This document shows positions 54,828 through 64,000 of a DNA stretch of 64,000 nucleotides, in pieces; the stretch's first letter is position 1, and every line of letters begins with the position of its first letter. The notes beneath the pieces are model-generated. The model was not told the DNA's origin and made no database searches. It was given only the letters and a program-made list of their open reading frames with translations. A program made the position numbers and the translations under genes. The stretch is taken from contig CAZWOC010000007.1 of the NCBI GenBank assembly GCA_964635655.1, positions 44,605 through 108,604 on the forward strand, written 5' to 3'. The DNA is from an uncultured Rikenella sp. (GTDB taxonomy: Bacteria > Bacteroidota > Bacteroidia > Bacteroidales > VadinHA17).

Positions 54828-56243
54828 ATGAAAGACCGTCAGCTCGCCTGGAGGAATCTGTGGCGAAATAAGAAAAGAACCCTCATCACTGCTGCCTCAC
54901 TGTTTTTTGCAGTGTTTTTTGCGCTGGTCATGAGATCATTCCAGCTGGGCACATACAACAAGATGTACAGTGATGTCATACAGTCGTATTCGGGTTATCT
55001 CCAGCTCCAGAACCCGGCTTATCTCGACGAGCCCACCCTCGACAACGGATTCACGGTTGACACTGACCTGGTCAGCCGTATTGAACAGGATCCCAACGTG
55101 GAGATCGTAGTTCCCAGACTGGAGTCATTCGCCCTTGCCGCAGCAGGGAACCGCACGCAGGGGGTGATGGTGATCGGCATGGACCCTGATAATGACAACA
55201 AAGCCCTTAACCTCAGAAACAGGATGGTCCGGTTCAAACTCACTGAAGGGGCTGTCGGCGCACTGAAAAGAGAAACCCTCCCCGGCCGGCTCTCCAAAAA
55301 CCTTGACCTTTTCACAGGTGAGGCATTCACCGACACGGATGAGCTTGTCACAATTCTTGGCATCGGTGAAAAAGACACTGCTGCGCTTCTGCCCCTTGTC
55401 AGGAAGCATCTCTTCTTCCCGGGTGATTATCTCTCTGCAGGAGAGTCAGGCTCGGCAGTCATCGGAAACGGGTTGTCTGATTACCTCGGCACTGTACCCG
55501 GTGACACGCTTGTACTGATGGGTCAGGGCTGGCACGGTACGTCTGCAGCGGGACTCTATGTTATAAAGGGCGTGGTGACAATGCCAAATCCTGAGCTTGA
55601 CAACAGGTTCGTCTGCCTGGCCCTTGATGATGCCCGATGGCTTTACGGGGCACCGGGAATGGTTACATCTTCAATCATCGGAGTTAAGAATGGCAGTGAA
55701 AAAGAGCTTGCCGCAACACAGGCAAGGCTCAGCGCAATCGCAGGCAAACAACTGTCAGTGCGGAACTGGAAGGAGATGAACGCCCTTCTCCTCAACCAGA
55801 TGGAGGCTGACAGTAAGAGCGGTGCAATCATGATTGGCATTTTATACCTCGTTATTGCCTTCGGTGTATTCGGTACAGTGCTCATGATGATGGCTGAGCG
55901 AAGGAGGGAGTTCGGGATGCTGATCTCAATCGGGATGCGCAAAGGCAGGCTCGCAGCCATTGTGGGTCTGGAGATGCTGCTGATGGGGATAATCGGTGTG
56001 ATTGCCGGCGTTATCGCCTCTTTGCCAATAGTCTTTCTGGGCCATGCAAGACCACTGAGGTTTACCGGCGAGATGGCACGCATGTATGAGGATTATGGTT
56101 TTGATCCGGTCATGCCGATGCTGCTGCCTGACTCCTACTACATCTGGCAGGTGGTTGTTGTGCTCCTGATCCTTGCTGTTGCAATAGTCTTCAGCATCAG
56201 GAAGATATTCAAACTGAATGTAATCAACGCTCTCAGAGCCTAA
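54828..56243 (+). CDS. ABC transporter permease, FtsX/MacB type
   Basis: 471 aa. LAWRNLWRNKKRTLIT N-terminus. TM1, a periplasmic domain of about 280 aa, and 3 C-terminal TMs. Confidence 0.85.
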   Translation: MKDRQLAWRNLWRNKKRTLITAASLFFAVFFALVMRSFQLGTYNKMYSDVIQSYSGYLQLQNPAYLDEPTLDNGFTVDTDLVSRIEQDPNVEIVVPRLESFALAAAGNRTQGVMVIGMDPDNDNKALNLRNRMVRFKLTEGAVGALKRETLPGRLSKNLDLFTGEAFTDTDELVTILGIGEKDTAALLPLVRKHLFFPGDYLSAGESGSAVIGNGLSDYLGTVPGDTLVLMGQGWHGTSAAGLYVIKGVVTMPNPELDNRFVCLALDDARWLYGAPGMVTSSIIGVKNGSEKELAATQARLSAIAGKQLSVRNWKEMNALLLNQMEADSKSGAIMIGILYLVIAFGVFGTVLMMMAERRREFGMLISIGMRKGRLAAIVGLEMLLMGIIGVIAGVIASLPIVFLGHARPLRFTGEMARMYEDYGFDPVMPMLLPDSYYIWQVVVVLLILAVAIVFSIRKIFKLNVINALRA

Positions 56244-56254
56244 CCGTAAACAGC

Positions 56255-57682
56255 ATGATCACATCGATAGCCTGGAAAAATGTCTGGAGGAACAGGACAA
56301 GGAGCCTTATAGTAATTGCTGCGGTGACAGTGGGTGTCTTTGCAAGCGTCTTTGCGCTTGCCGCTGTTAACAGCTCAGTCGTTCAGAGGATTGACTCCGC
56401 TGTAAACGAAGAGCTCTCCCATATCCAGGTCAACACAAAGGAATTCCGCAGCAGCGGTGATTTACTCAGTATCATTCCCGATCCTGAAAAAGTGACCGGC
56501 ATACTACGGAATACACCAGGGGTGACCAATGTCACCGGCAGGATCATTGTCAGGGGAATAGCATCAACTCCCGCTGGCAGTGCCGGGGTGGAGATCACCG
56601 GCATTGACACTGCAGTGGAGAAGGAGATGTTCACTCTTTACAGTAAACTGATCCCCGGCACAGGGAGTTATTTCGGTGCCGGCACCAGGCTCAACAGCGC
56701 CTTTATAGGAGAAAAACTCGCCCGCGAACTTTACATAATCAGGTACATATTGAGTCCCGGTTCATTCACCGGCCTGATTGAAAGAGGCGTCCCTGCATCT
56801 GTGGTTGAAAAACTTAAACCCCTGGAAGGTGTCCGGTTCACAACCGAAAAGAAGCTGACGGAAGCTTATTCCGCTCTGCTTACCGCGAAGGAGATAAAAA
56901 AGTACGGGATTCATATCCGGGAAGCTGCATGGTCATACCGGGAGGGTTCGAGGGTTATCCTCTCATTTCTTGATATGAACGGCAACCAGACCGGAGCCGC
57001 ATTCAGGATAAGCGGAGTTTTTCGTACAAACAATGATCTCTTCGAGTCAATGTCAGTCTTTGTCCCGGATGCCGAGCTGCGCAGTCTTACAGGTATGGAG
57101 GAAGGGGTTTATCACCGTCTCATTGCAAGGTTGGAGGAAAATGATCTTACCGACCGCGTCACCCCGGTACTTAAGGAGGCTCTTCCTGAGCTGGAGGTGA
57201 TGAACTGGAAGGAGATACAGGTGGACCTTGCCATGATTGCGGATTACATCAACCAGATCTATGCAGTATTCATGGCGCTGATACTCGCGGCTCTTTCATT
57301 CGGTATAGTAAACACTATGCTGATGGCGGTTCTTGAGCGGACCCGTGAACTCGGGATGCTCTCGGCAGTGGGGATGAACCGCAAGCGCATTTTTATTATG
57401 ATAATGCTCGAATCAATCTTCCTTTCGACAGTGGGTGGATTTGCCGGAATGACGGTCAGCGGCATTGTAATAGCCATTACAAATCACACCGGGATCAATC
57501 TTGTCAAATACTCCGAAGGGATGGAGGCATTCGGGTATTCAGCTCATCTTTACCCGACAATCGGAGCAGATTTCTTCATAATACTGACAGTGCTGATAGT
57601 GATCACAGGGATACTCTCTTCGGTTTACCCTGCTCGCAAGGCACTGCAACTCAATCCTGTAGAGGCGTTAAGAGGAGAATAA
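56255..57682 (+). CDS. ABC transporter permease, FtsX/MacB type (paralogue)
   Basis: 475 aa. IAWKNVWRNRTRSLIV N-terminus. Same topology as the upstream permease. Confidence 0.85.
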   Translation: MITSIAWKNVWRNRTRSLIVIAAVTVGVFASVFALAAVNSSVVQRIDSAVNEELSHIQVNTKEFRSSGDLLSIIPDPEKVTGILRNTPGVTNVTGRIIVRGIASTPAGSAGVEITGIDTAVEKEMFTLYSKLIPGTGSYFGAGTRLNSAFIGEKLARELYIIRYILSPGSFTGLIERGVPASVVEKLKPLEGVRFTTEKKLTEAYSALLTAKEIKKYGIHIREAAWSYREGSRVILSFLDMNGNQTGAAFRISGVFRTNNDLFESMSVFVPDAELRSLTGMEEGVYHRLIARLEENDLTDRVTPVLKEALPELEVMNWKEIQVDLAMIADYINQIYAVFMALILAALSFGIVNTMLMAVLERTRELGMLSAVGMNRKRIFIMIMLESIFLSTVGGFAGMTVSGIVIAITNHTGINLVKYSEGMEAFGYSAHLYPTIGADFFIILTVLIVITGILSSVYPARKALQLNPVEALRGE

Positions 57683-57701
57683 CAAAATAATCAACATAGC
57701 C

Positions 57702-58397
57702 ATGAAAGTAGTAGAGATCAATGATGTATACAAGACATACAATGACACGGAGGTCGAAGTCAGGGCTGTAAGCGGAGTGACGCTGAGCTTCGAAAAGGGC
57801 GATTTTGCCGTGATAGTGGGACCGTCGGGCTCTGGAAAGACAACCCTTCTGAACCTTATCGGGGGACTGGACCAGCCCACTGCCGGTGAGATAATCGTGG
57901 CAGGGCACCGGCTCTCGGAGCTGAAGCCTTCAGAGTTGATCGACTTCCGCATGGATCACGTGGGATTCGTCTTCCAGTCATACAATCTTATACCTGTCCT
58001 TACTGCGGCGGAAAACGTGGAGTTTATTATGAGCCTTCAGAAATGGCCGAAGGAAAAGCGCATCGCCCGTACTGAAGAGATGCTGCAATCAGTCGGTCTT
58101 GCCGACCGTCACAGAAGCCTACCGTCACAGCTGTCCGGCGGTCAGCAGCAGAGGGTGGCCGTGGCCCGCGCCCTGGCGCCGAGGCCGCAGTTCATACTTG
58201 CTGACGAGCCGACTGCCAACCTGGACTCAAAATCGGCCGAGACACTTCTTGACATAATGGAGAAACTCAACCGCGAGGAGGAGATGACATTTATCTTCTC
58301 GACGCATGATGTGCGCGTCATGAAAAGGGCTCGCAGGGTTATCACCCTGGAGGACGGTAAGGTTGTATCGGATGAGAGGACCAACCACACAGCATGA
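57702..58397 (+). CDS. ABC transporter ATP-binding protein (LolD/MacB-type)
   Basis: 231 aa. Walker A GPSGSGKTT, signature LSGGQQQRVAVARAL, Walker B ILADEPT. Confidence 0.93.
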   Translation: MKVVEINDVYKTYNDTEVEVRAVSGVTLSFEKGDFAVIVGPSGSGKTTLLNLIGGLDQPTAGEIIVAGHRLSELKPSELIDFRMDHVGFVFQSYNLIPVLTAAENVEFIMSLQKWPKEKRIARTEEMLQSVGLADRHRSLPSQLSGGQQQRVAVARALAPRPQFILADEPTANLDSKSAETLLDIMEKLNREEEMTFIFSTHDVRVMKRARRVITLEDGKVVSDERTNHTA

Positions 58398-58422
58398 ACC
58401 ACACCTCCCTGAAGTTCATTGT

Positions 58423-59640
58423 ATGAAACGCATTTTTCTGATAATGGTTTTACTGGCCTCTGTTGCAGCTTCAGGTTATTCACAGGAGGACGGCCGTAGT
58501 AACCGGATTTCTTTGACCGGTTCCGGAGACCCGGATAACGGCACCACGGAAGGTAAGGGCGACTGGTTCACTGCAGGCGGGTATGCTTCATGGCTCCATA
58601 CAGCCATGTTTGAAAAACCGTCCGAAACATGGATCAATCACAGCATGCTTCACAACAGGCTGAATTTTAAAGCTTATGCCGGCAAGAATGTCACATTTGC
58701 CGTTGAATTGAGAAACCGGTTCGTAACAGGTGACATTGTAAGACTTGACCCCGCATATGTTCCGCAACTGGCCGCTGACCCGGGCTGGGCAGACCTCTCA
58801 TGGAACATCTCCGAAGGTAACTCCTATGCTGTCAATACGATGATTGACAGGGCATATGCAGACATCACTGCCGGGAAGCTTCAGATAAGGGCTGGCCGCC
58901 AGCGGATAAACTGGAGCCAGGCGCTTGTGTGGAATCCCAATGACATTTTCAATACATATTCCTTTTTTGACTTCGACTATATTGAGCGTCCCGGCAGTGA
59001 TGCATTGCGTCTGACTTACTCCGCCGGACCCTCTTCGTCGGTGGAGGTAGCCATAAAAGCTGACGCCGGGAATCGCATTACAGCTGCAGCGTTCGGCCGG
59101 TTCAGTGTTTTGAACACTGACTTGCAGTTCCTTGCAGGTGTAACCGACGATGCGTTCTTTACTGCCGGCACCGGGTTTTCGGGTGCTGTCGGATCAGTCT
59201 CCGTGAGGGGTGAGGCAACCCTCTTTACCCCGTTTGAAAGGTCAGCGGAGAATGAAGGTAACTTTACTGCCACACTGGGGATTGACAAGACCTTTTCAGA
59301 CAAGCTTACCACACTGGTACAGGTGATGTATTCAAGCCGCCCGGTTGATCTTTCCGGTTTCACCGAGCTTTACGGCGGCGGACTTACCGCCAGGCAGCTT
59401 GCTTTTTCAGAATTCAGTGCAGTCGCACAGGTTAATTATGCACCCGTACCACTGGTGAACATATCAGTATCTGCCATGTGGTTTCCTGATCTTGACGGAT
59501 TCTATGCCGGCCCGTCAGCAGACTTTTCTCTCGCGGAAAACGTCGACTTCTCAATACTCTGGCAGCACTTCAACAGCACAATCGCCGGTGAGAAATCCCG
59601 GATCAACCTCGGTTTCATCCGGATCAGATATAGTTTCTGA
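58423..59640 (+). CDS. putative outer-membrane beta-barrel protein
   Basis: 405 aa from MKRIFLIMVLLASVAASGYSQ (ATG 58423). Alternating-hydrophobicity strands. GRQRINWSQ motif. C-terminal ...IRIRYSF. Confidence 0.5.
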   Translation: MKRIFLIMVLLASVAASGYSQEDGRSNRISLTGSGDPDNGTTEGKGDWFTAGGYASWLHTAMFEKPSETWINHSMLHNRLNFKAYAGKNVTFAVELRNRFVTGDIVRLDPAYVPQLAADPGWADLSWNISEGNSYAVNTMIDRAYADITAGKLQIRAGRQRINWSQALVWNPNDIFNTYSFFDFDYIERPGSDALRLTYSAGPSSSVEVAIKADAGNRITAAAFGRFSVLNTDLQFLAGVTDDAFFTAGTGFSGAVGSVSVRGEATLFTPFERSAENEGNFTATLGIDKTFSDKLTTLVQVMYSSRPVDLSGFTELYGGGLTARQLAFSEFSAVAQVNYAPVPLVNISVSAMWFPDLDGFYAGPSADFSLAENVDFSILWQHFNSTIAGEKSRINLGFIRIRYSF

Positions 59641-59673
59641 AATTTTCATACTTTTGGGGCAAAGACCCAAAGA

Positions 59674-60408
59674 ATGTCACTTATTCATGAGCTAGAGAAG
59701 TCCGGAAACTGGTTATTCAGAAGAAGAAGCTGGTTACCGGCTGTAATACTTGTTCCTGCCGTCATTTATCTTTTCATTGCAAACCGAAGCATAATCTACT
59801 TCAATTACACATGGGAGATAATATGCATCCTTGTCTCGGTTGCAGGGGAGATGATCCGTTCGTATACAGTCGGATATGTCCCGCGAAACACTTCAGGACG
59901 CAATGTAATTGACCAGCTGGCTGACGACCTGAACACTAAAGGCATCTATTCTGTAGTGCGGCACCCGCTGTATGTGGGTAATTTTCTCATGTGGCTCGGC
60001 CCCGTTCTCTTCATGAGGTCAGTCTGGTGGGTGCTTGTATTCATCCTTGCCTACTGGCTTTATTATGAACGGATAATCTTCGCCGAGGAACAGTATCTCA
60101 GGCGCAAGTTCGGCGAAGCTTATGACACCTGGGCATTCAGGGTTAAAGCAGTTATCCCGTCATTCAAAAAGCATGTAAGGTCAGATTTGCCGTTCTCGTT
60201 CAGGAATGTTCTTAAACGGGAGTATAACAGCATCACCAATCTTTTCCTCGTCTTTGCATTACTTGACCTGTTCCGCAATATTGCAGTAACAGGCAGGATT
60301 TACCTGGAACCGATGTATATATCACTCCTGGTTGCCGCCATTATTTTCTGGGCAGTCATCAGGTACCTGGTCAAGAGGACGAAGTTTCTTTACGTCGAAG
60401 GCAGGTGA
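59674..60408 (+). CDS. membrane methyltransferase, ICMT/PEMT-like family
   Basis: 244 aa with multiple TMs. GIYSVVRHPLYVGNFLMWLG and ...EEQYLRRKFGEAYDTW are typical of isoprenylcysteine carboxyl methyltransferase-like proteins. Confidence 0.55.
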   Translation: MSLIHELEKSGNWLFRRRSWLPAVILVPAVIYLFIANRSIIYFNYTWEIICILVSVAGEMIRSYTVGYVPRNTSGRNVIDQLADDLNTKGIYSVVRHPLYVGNFLMWLGPVLFMRSVWWVLVFILAYWLYYERIIFAEEQYLRRKFGEAYDTWAFRVKAVIPSFKKHVRSDLPFSFRNVLKREYNSITNLFLVFALLDLFRNIAVTGRIYLEPMYISLLVAAIIFWAVIRYLVKRTKFLYVEGR

Positions 60409-60420
60409 TCTGCCTTTTTT
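60398..60420 (+). terminator. rho-independent terminator ending the TetR-headed operon
   Basis: AAGGCAG-GTGAT-CTGCCTT followed by TTTT. The stop codon TGA lies in the loop. Confidence 0.65.
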
Positions 60421-60435
60421 GGAACGCTGAAATTT

Positions 60436-61140
60436 TTATCTGTCCCTGGCTCCCATAAAGAGCATTATGTAATAGATCAGTGTGGCCAGTGAACCAAGGG
60501 CTGCAATTACATATGTATATGCCGCCCATTTGAGTGCATCTTCTGCCTTGTCATGCGTTCCGGAGTAGGTTATACCGGCATTTGCAAGCCAGGCCAGTGC
60601 TCTTTTCGATGCATTTATTTCCACCGGGAGGGTGATGAAGCTGAAAAGGGTGGTGATGGCAAAAAGCACAATACCTATCAATAATATTTCCGGCCGTGAG
60701 TTGAGAAGCACCAGCCCTGCAATGAGCACCCATTGTATCCAGTTTGAGGCGAAACCTACAACCGGGGCAAGTTTTGATCTCATCCCGAGCCATGCATATG
60801 ACTGTGCGTGCTGCAGTGCATGCCCGGTCTCATGGGCTGCCACGGCGGCAGCAGCCACGCTGGTGCCCGAATATACATCACGGCTGAGATTGATTGTCTT
60901 CTTCAGCGGATTATAGTGGTCGGTAAGCTCACCACCTACGCTTTGAACCGTAACGTCAGTCACTCCGCTTTCGCGAAGCATTTTTTCAGCCACATCACGG
61001 CCTGTCATGCCGGATGCGATTGGCACCTTCGAATATGCCCTGAATTTTGATTTGAGCCTGGCGCTGACAACCCAGCTCAGTATCATGAATACTATGAATA
61101 TTATCCAGTATGCGCCGTTATGCAAAAACATTGTTCCCAT
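60436..61140 (-). CDS. zinc metallopeptidase, YugP-like
   Basis: 234 aa. N-terminal TM, HETGHALQH (HExxH) and C-terminal TMs. Confidence 0.8.
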   Translation of the reverse strand: MGTMFLHNGAYWIIFIVFMILSWVVSARLKSKFRAYSKVPIASGMTGRDVAEKMLRESGVTDVTVQSVGGELTDHYNPLKKTINLSRDVYSGTSVAAAAVAAHETGHALQHAQSYAWLGMRSKLAPVVGFASNWIQWVLIAGLVLLNSRPEILLIGIVLFAITTLFSFITLPVEINASKRALAWLANAGITYSGTHDKAEDALKWAAYTYVIAALGSLATLIYYIMLFMGARDR

Positions 61141-61251
61141 CTGTACGAATTGCTTTTAGTTTCTTCCTCAATCAGCAAAACGCCTGCCATCAGTGATAAG
61201 TTCTGAAAAGAGGTCATTTTGTCATGCCGAATCAGCTTATCTTTGGACCCG

Positions 61252-61566
61252 ATGCTGAAGAGTGCCGCAAAGATATTGTCTTTTTTGCTTCTGATACCGG
61301 TCTGGTTATACAGGTGGTTTATTTCACCATGGACACCTGCCTCATGCAGGCATGTCCCGACATGTTCAGGGTATGCAATCGATGCTTTCAGAATGCATGG
61401 TCCGTTTCGTGGCATTATAATGTCAACCGGCAGGATTCTGCGATGCAGACCAGGCGGAACCCACGGTTATGATCCTGTTCCGCGGTTCATATTCAGGAGA
61501 TACCGCAGCCCGGGCCTGTCGTTGCGCAGGGCCCCACAGTGCAACAGGCTGAAGGATCATGACTAG
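61252..61566 (+). CDS. yidD: membrane protein insertion efficiency factor YidD
   Basis: From MLKSAAKILSFLLLIPVWLYRWFISPWTPASCRHVPTCSGYAIDAFRMHG...RILRCRPGGTHGYDPVP. It carries a basic C-terminal tail of about 25 aa. Confidence 0.85.
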   Translation: MLKSAAKILSFLLLIPVWLYRWFISPWTPASCRHVPTCSGYAIDAFRMHGPFRGIIMSTGRILRCRPGGTHGYDPVPRFIFRRYRSPGLSLRRAPQCNRLKDHD

Positions 61567-62315
61567 AATGAGAGTTTCTCCCTCAGCATCTTGTACCCGG
61601 CACGGCTTACCGGAATCTTTTCGCCCGACCTGAGAACAGCCACATAGTTATCTTTGCTGTATGGCTCCAGGCGTGTTATCTGTTCAATGTTTACAATAAA
61701 AGACCTGTGCACCCTCATGAACAGACCGGGAGGAAGGTGCTCCTCGTAGTATTTCATAGTCTTGGGCTTCAGCGCCTTTCCTTCACTGTAATAAATCATT
61801 ACATAATCGTCCTCAGCTGCAAGGTAATAGACGTTGTTCAGAGGGATGATCTTTATTCCGGCCCCTTTTCTGAAAACGATCCTCGTGAGGTATCCTTCTG
61901 CTTCAGAAACGGTACTGACCAGTTTTTCAATCCTTTCGTCGGCAGGGGCTTCCTTCTCCAGCCTGCTGACCGCCTTGGCAAGGGCGTCGTCAAAACGTTC
62001 TTTTGAGAAGGGTTTAAGCAGGTAATCAACCGCGTTCAACTCGAATGCCCTTATTGCATACTGGTCGAAAGCAGTCGTAAATATAACCTCCGGTTTCTCG
62101 TCAATAACTTCAAGAAGTTCAAAGCCGGTCAGTTTTGGCATCTGGATATCAAGGAAGATAAGGTCAGGCCTTTTTTCCTTTATCTCCCTGGCTCCGCAAA
62201 AACCGTCCCCGCACTCACCTGCTATCTCGATTTCCGGATGGTCTGCAAGCATAAACCTGATCAGTTCCCTTGCAGGAGCTTCGTCCTCAATGATCAGCGC
62301 TCTTATTTTTTTCAT
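61563..62315 (-). CDS. LytTR-family DNA-binding response regulator
   Basis: 250 aa. REC (ALIIEDE...IFLDIQMPKLTG...LLKPF) plus a LytTR domain (...MRVHRSFIVNIEQI). Confidence 0.9.
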   Translation of the reverse strand: MKKIRALIIEDEAPARELIRFMLADHPEIEIAGECGDGFCGAREIKEKRPDLIFLDIQMPKLTGFELLEVIDEKPEVIFTTAFDQYAIRAFELNAVDYLLKPFSKERFDDALAKAVSRLEKEAPADERIEKLVSTVSEAEGYLTRIVFRKGAGIKIIPLNNVYYLAAEDDYVMIYYSEGKALKPKTMKYYEEHLPPGLFMRVHRSFIVNIEQITRLEPYSKDNYVAVLRSGEKIPVSRAGYKMLREKLSF

Positions 62316-62334
62316 GATTTAAGTAAACTGTTAT

Positions 62335-63393
62335 TCATGATTTACGAAACGGGAATCTCACTGTTACCGTGAAGCTGTCATTATCACGGCTGACTGTCAG
62401 ATCCGCCTTGTCACCGAAGAAGAGCTCAAGCCTGCTGCTGACGTTCTTAAGCCCTATCCCGGCTCCTTTTTTTGTTACCACGGAGTCTGTGTCTACATTG
62501 TTTCTGACAGTTATAACCACAATGTCATCTTCCTTTCTTGCAGATGTCTTTATTGTTACCTCCTCGGTTGACTCGTAAACCCCGTGTTTGACTGCGTTTT
62601 CATAAAGAGGCTGAAGGAGCATGCCCGGCATCATCGCCGGGAGACATTCGGGGCTGATGTCTTCTTCGATCTTCAGCCTGCAGCCGAATCTGACCTTTTC
62701 TATCTGGAGGTATAGTCTCAGGCTTTCCATCTCGTTTCCGAGTGTAACCGGCTGCTCGTTTCTCGATGAGAGGGAATAGCGCATGAAGTCTGAGAGTTTT
62801 ACAATCATCTCCCTGGCTTTCAAAGGATCAGTAACAGTAAGGGAACTCACCGAGTTGAGGCTGTTGAAAAGGAAGTGGGGATTTATCTGAGACCTCAGCA
62901 TCTTCAGTTCTCCCTCCCTGACCTGTGCCTCAAGCTGTGCCTGCCGTTTCACCTTTTCTGCAAGCCTCGAAGCACTCAGGAAAAGATAATAAACCAGGAT
63001 CATTACAAAGAAAATAAGCACCCCAGCTGTCGCCCTGAAAACCATTACTGAATGCCAGAAGATGTCGTAGTCAACTTTCTCTGAAATCATTGCCCTTACA
63101 ATGAACTTCGTCCCGTAAAGCCAGACGAGGATTGTCAGTGACCCTGTCAGAAGAACATTTACAATTGAAATGTATACCTGGTTTTCTTCCTTGAGCATGA
63201 ACCTGACGGGATACCAGACTACCAGTCCGATCAGCCCTAACAGGATCATTGAAACCAGTCCGTCGGCTATAGCCACCTCGATCCGGCTTCCGTAAACAAA
63301 ATGAATAAGAAGTGACTGGCCTGCTGCAAGTATCAGCCAGGCCAGCCACCACACAAGCAGCCTCGTTCTGTTCTCCAGTAACGGATGCTTCAT
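62335..63393 (-). CDS. LytS/YehU-type sensor histidine kinase
   Basis: 352 aa with about 4 N-terminal TMs. His_kinase motif LRSQINPHFLFNSLNSV. HATPase (LQPLYENAVKHG...GAGIGLKN). Confidence 0.85.
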   Translation of the reverse strand: MKHPLLENRTRLLVWWLAWLILAAGQSLLIHFVYGSRIEVAIADGLVSMILLGLIGLVVWYPVRFMLKEENQVYISIVNVLLTGSLTILVWLYGTKFIVRAMISEKVDYDIFWHSVMVFRATAGVLIFFVMILVYYLFLSASRLAEKVKRQAQLEAQVREGELKMLRSQINPHFLFNSLNSVSSLTVTDPLKAREMIVKLSDFMRYSLSSRNEQPVTLGNEMESLRLYLQIEKVRFGCRLKIEEDISPECLPAMMPGMLLQPLYENAVKHGVYESTEEVTIKTSARKEDDIVVITVRNNVDTDSVVTKKGAGIGLKNVSSRLELFFGDKADLTVSRDNDSFTVTVRFPFRKS

Positions 63394-63396
63394 ATT

Positions 63397-64000
63397 TTAC
63401 TTGTAACTCTTGATTTCTCCCCCTCCGAAGATCACAGTACCCCGTATTGTAAGCGATCTTGTATTGTCCCTGATGACGTCACCCCGCATTTTCCTGCTGT
63501 CAGAAAATCCCCCGAGAATGGGTGTGACCTCGATCACCACGTTCCAGCTTTCCGGGACAATGATTGTTGTTCCCCCAAATATACATGTAATTTCGATCAC
63601 ATTATCGCCCGGAGCAAGTGATGAACGGGTCAGGTCAACCTCACCGCCACCGAATATTGATGTAATCTTTCCGCCCTGGAAATTATCTGTTATGAGTTGC
63701 CTTTCCGCCCCGCTGAATATGTTTACAATGTCAATATAGTCAGCCTTGTTTACAGTTGAGTAATCGAGTTTTTTGACAATCCTTTTGGAGTTAATCAGCA
63801 GCACCACCCCCAGAACGATGAATAGTGCAGGCCAGAAGAAGTTGAAAGATCTGAAGAAATCTGTAAACAGTTCCGGGATCATGAAGAATCCCCCCACAGA
63901 GATCAGCACTATCCCCGGAGTCTTGTTGTCTGACCCGGTCAGCGTGATGACTCCTATGACTATCAGCAGCATCTGCCAGCTGAAGATAATGTCATCAATG
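63397..64000 (-). CDS. LiaF-like / DUF2154-like membrane protein (N-terminus may lie beyond window)
   Basis: TM helices, then repeated ...IFGG(G/T)... beta-strand units (IFGGGEVDL, IFGGTTIIVPESW, VIFGGGEIK). The frame stays open upstream of the ATG at 63972 to the window edge. Confidence 0.6.
   Translation of the reverse strand, partial: IDDIIFSWQMLLIVIGVITLTGSDNKTPGIVLISVGGFFMIPELFTDFFRSFNFFWPALFIVLGVVLLINSKRIVKKLDYSTVNKADYIDIVNIFSGAERQLITDNFQGGKITSIFGGGEVDLTRSSLAPGDNVIEITCIFGGTTIIVPESWNVVIEVTPILGGFSDSRKMRGDVIRDNTRSLTIRGTVIFGGGEIKSYK

Overview
This is a gene-dense chromosomal segment with about 60 CDS on both strands. Almost every intergenic gap is under 150 bp; the largest is about 315 bp. 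It reads like core genome of a Bacteroidota (Bacteroidia-type) bacterium. That assignment is an inference from three things: gene content and synteny as I recall them (dut-TPR-lipoprotein-M23; DUF4271-like/HemD-like/rnpA/S41), a BlaR1-TonB fusion, and TAnnTTTG-type promoter boxes with no obvious Shine-Dalgarno sequences. Housekeeping genes (pheS, dut, ybeY, mnmG, uvrC, lspA, queD, polA, rnpA, deoC, dtd, rsgA, yidD, mnmH) are interleaved with envelope, transport and signalling genes. I found no rRNA, tRNA, CRISPR array, transposase, integrase, phage or recognisable defence genes, and no gap large enough for a large ncRNA. So I do not see a clear-cut novel system, and most of the window is ordinary. 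The four most interesting items follow. (1) A seven-gene operon headed by a TetR repressor encodes a Lol/MacB-like route from inner to outer membrane with unknown cargo (53.3-60.4 kb). (2) A hybrid sensor kinase has its phospho-accepting His replaced by Phe and degenerate ATP-lid boxes, while its terminal receiver domain is intact (35.1-38.0 kb). (3) A protein with no signal peptide carries four K/E-rich tandem repeats fused to a GH16-like domain that lacks the ExDxxE catalytic motif (47.7-49.3 kb). (4) Several non-coding oddities: a perfect 24-bp palindrome whose 14-nt core recurs just after a second stop codon, paired inverted operators upstream of blaI, a duplicated start region upstream of asmA, and a heptanucleotide tandem repeat. 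All family calls come from reading the translated ORFs by eye. No database search was run.
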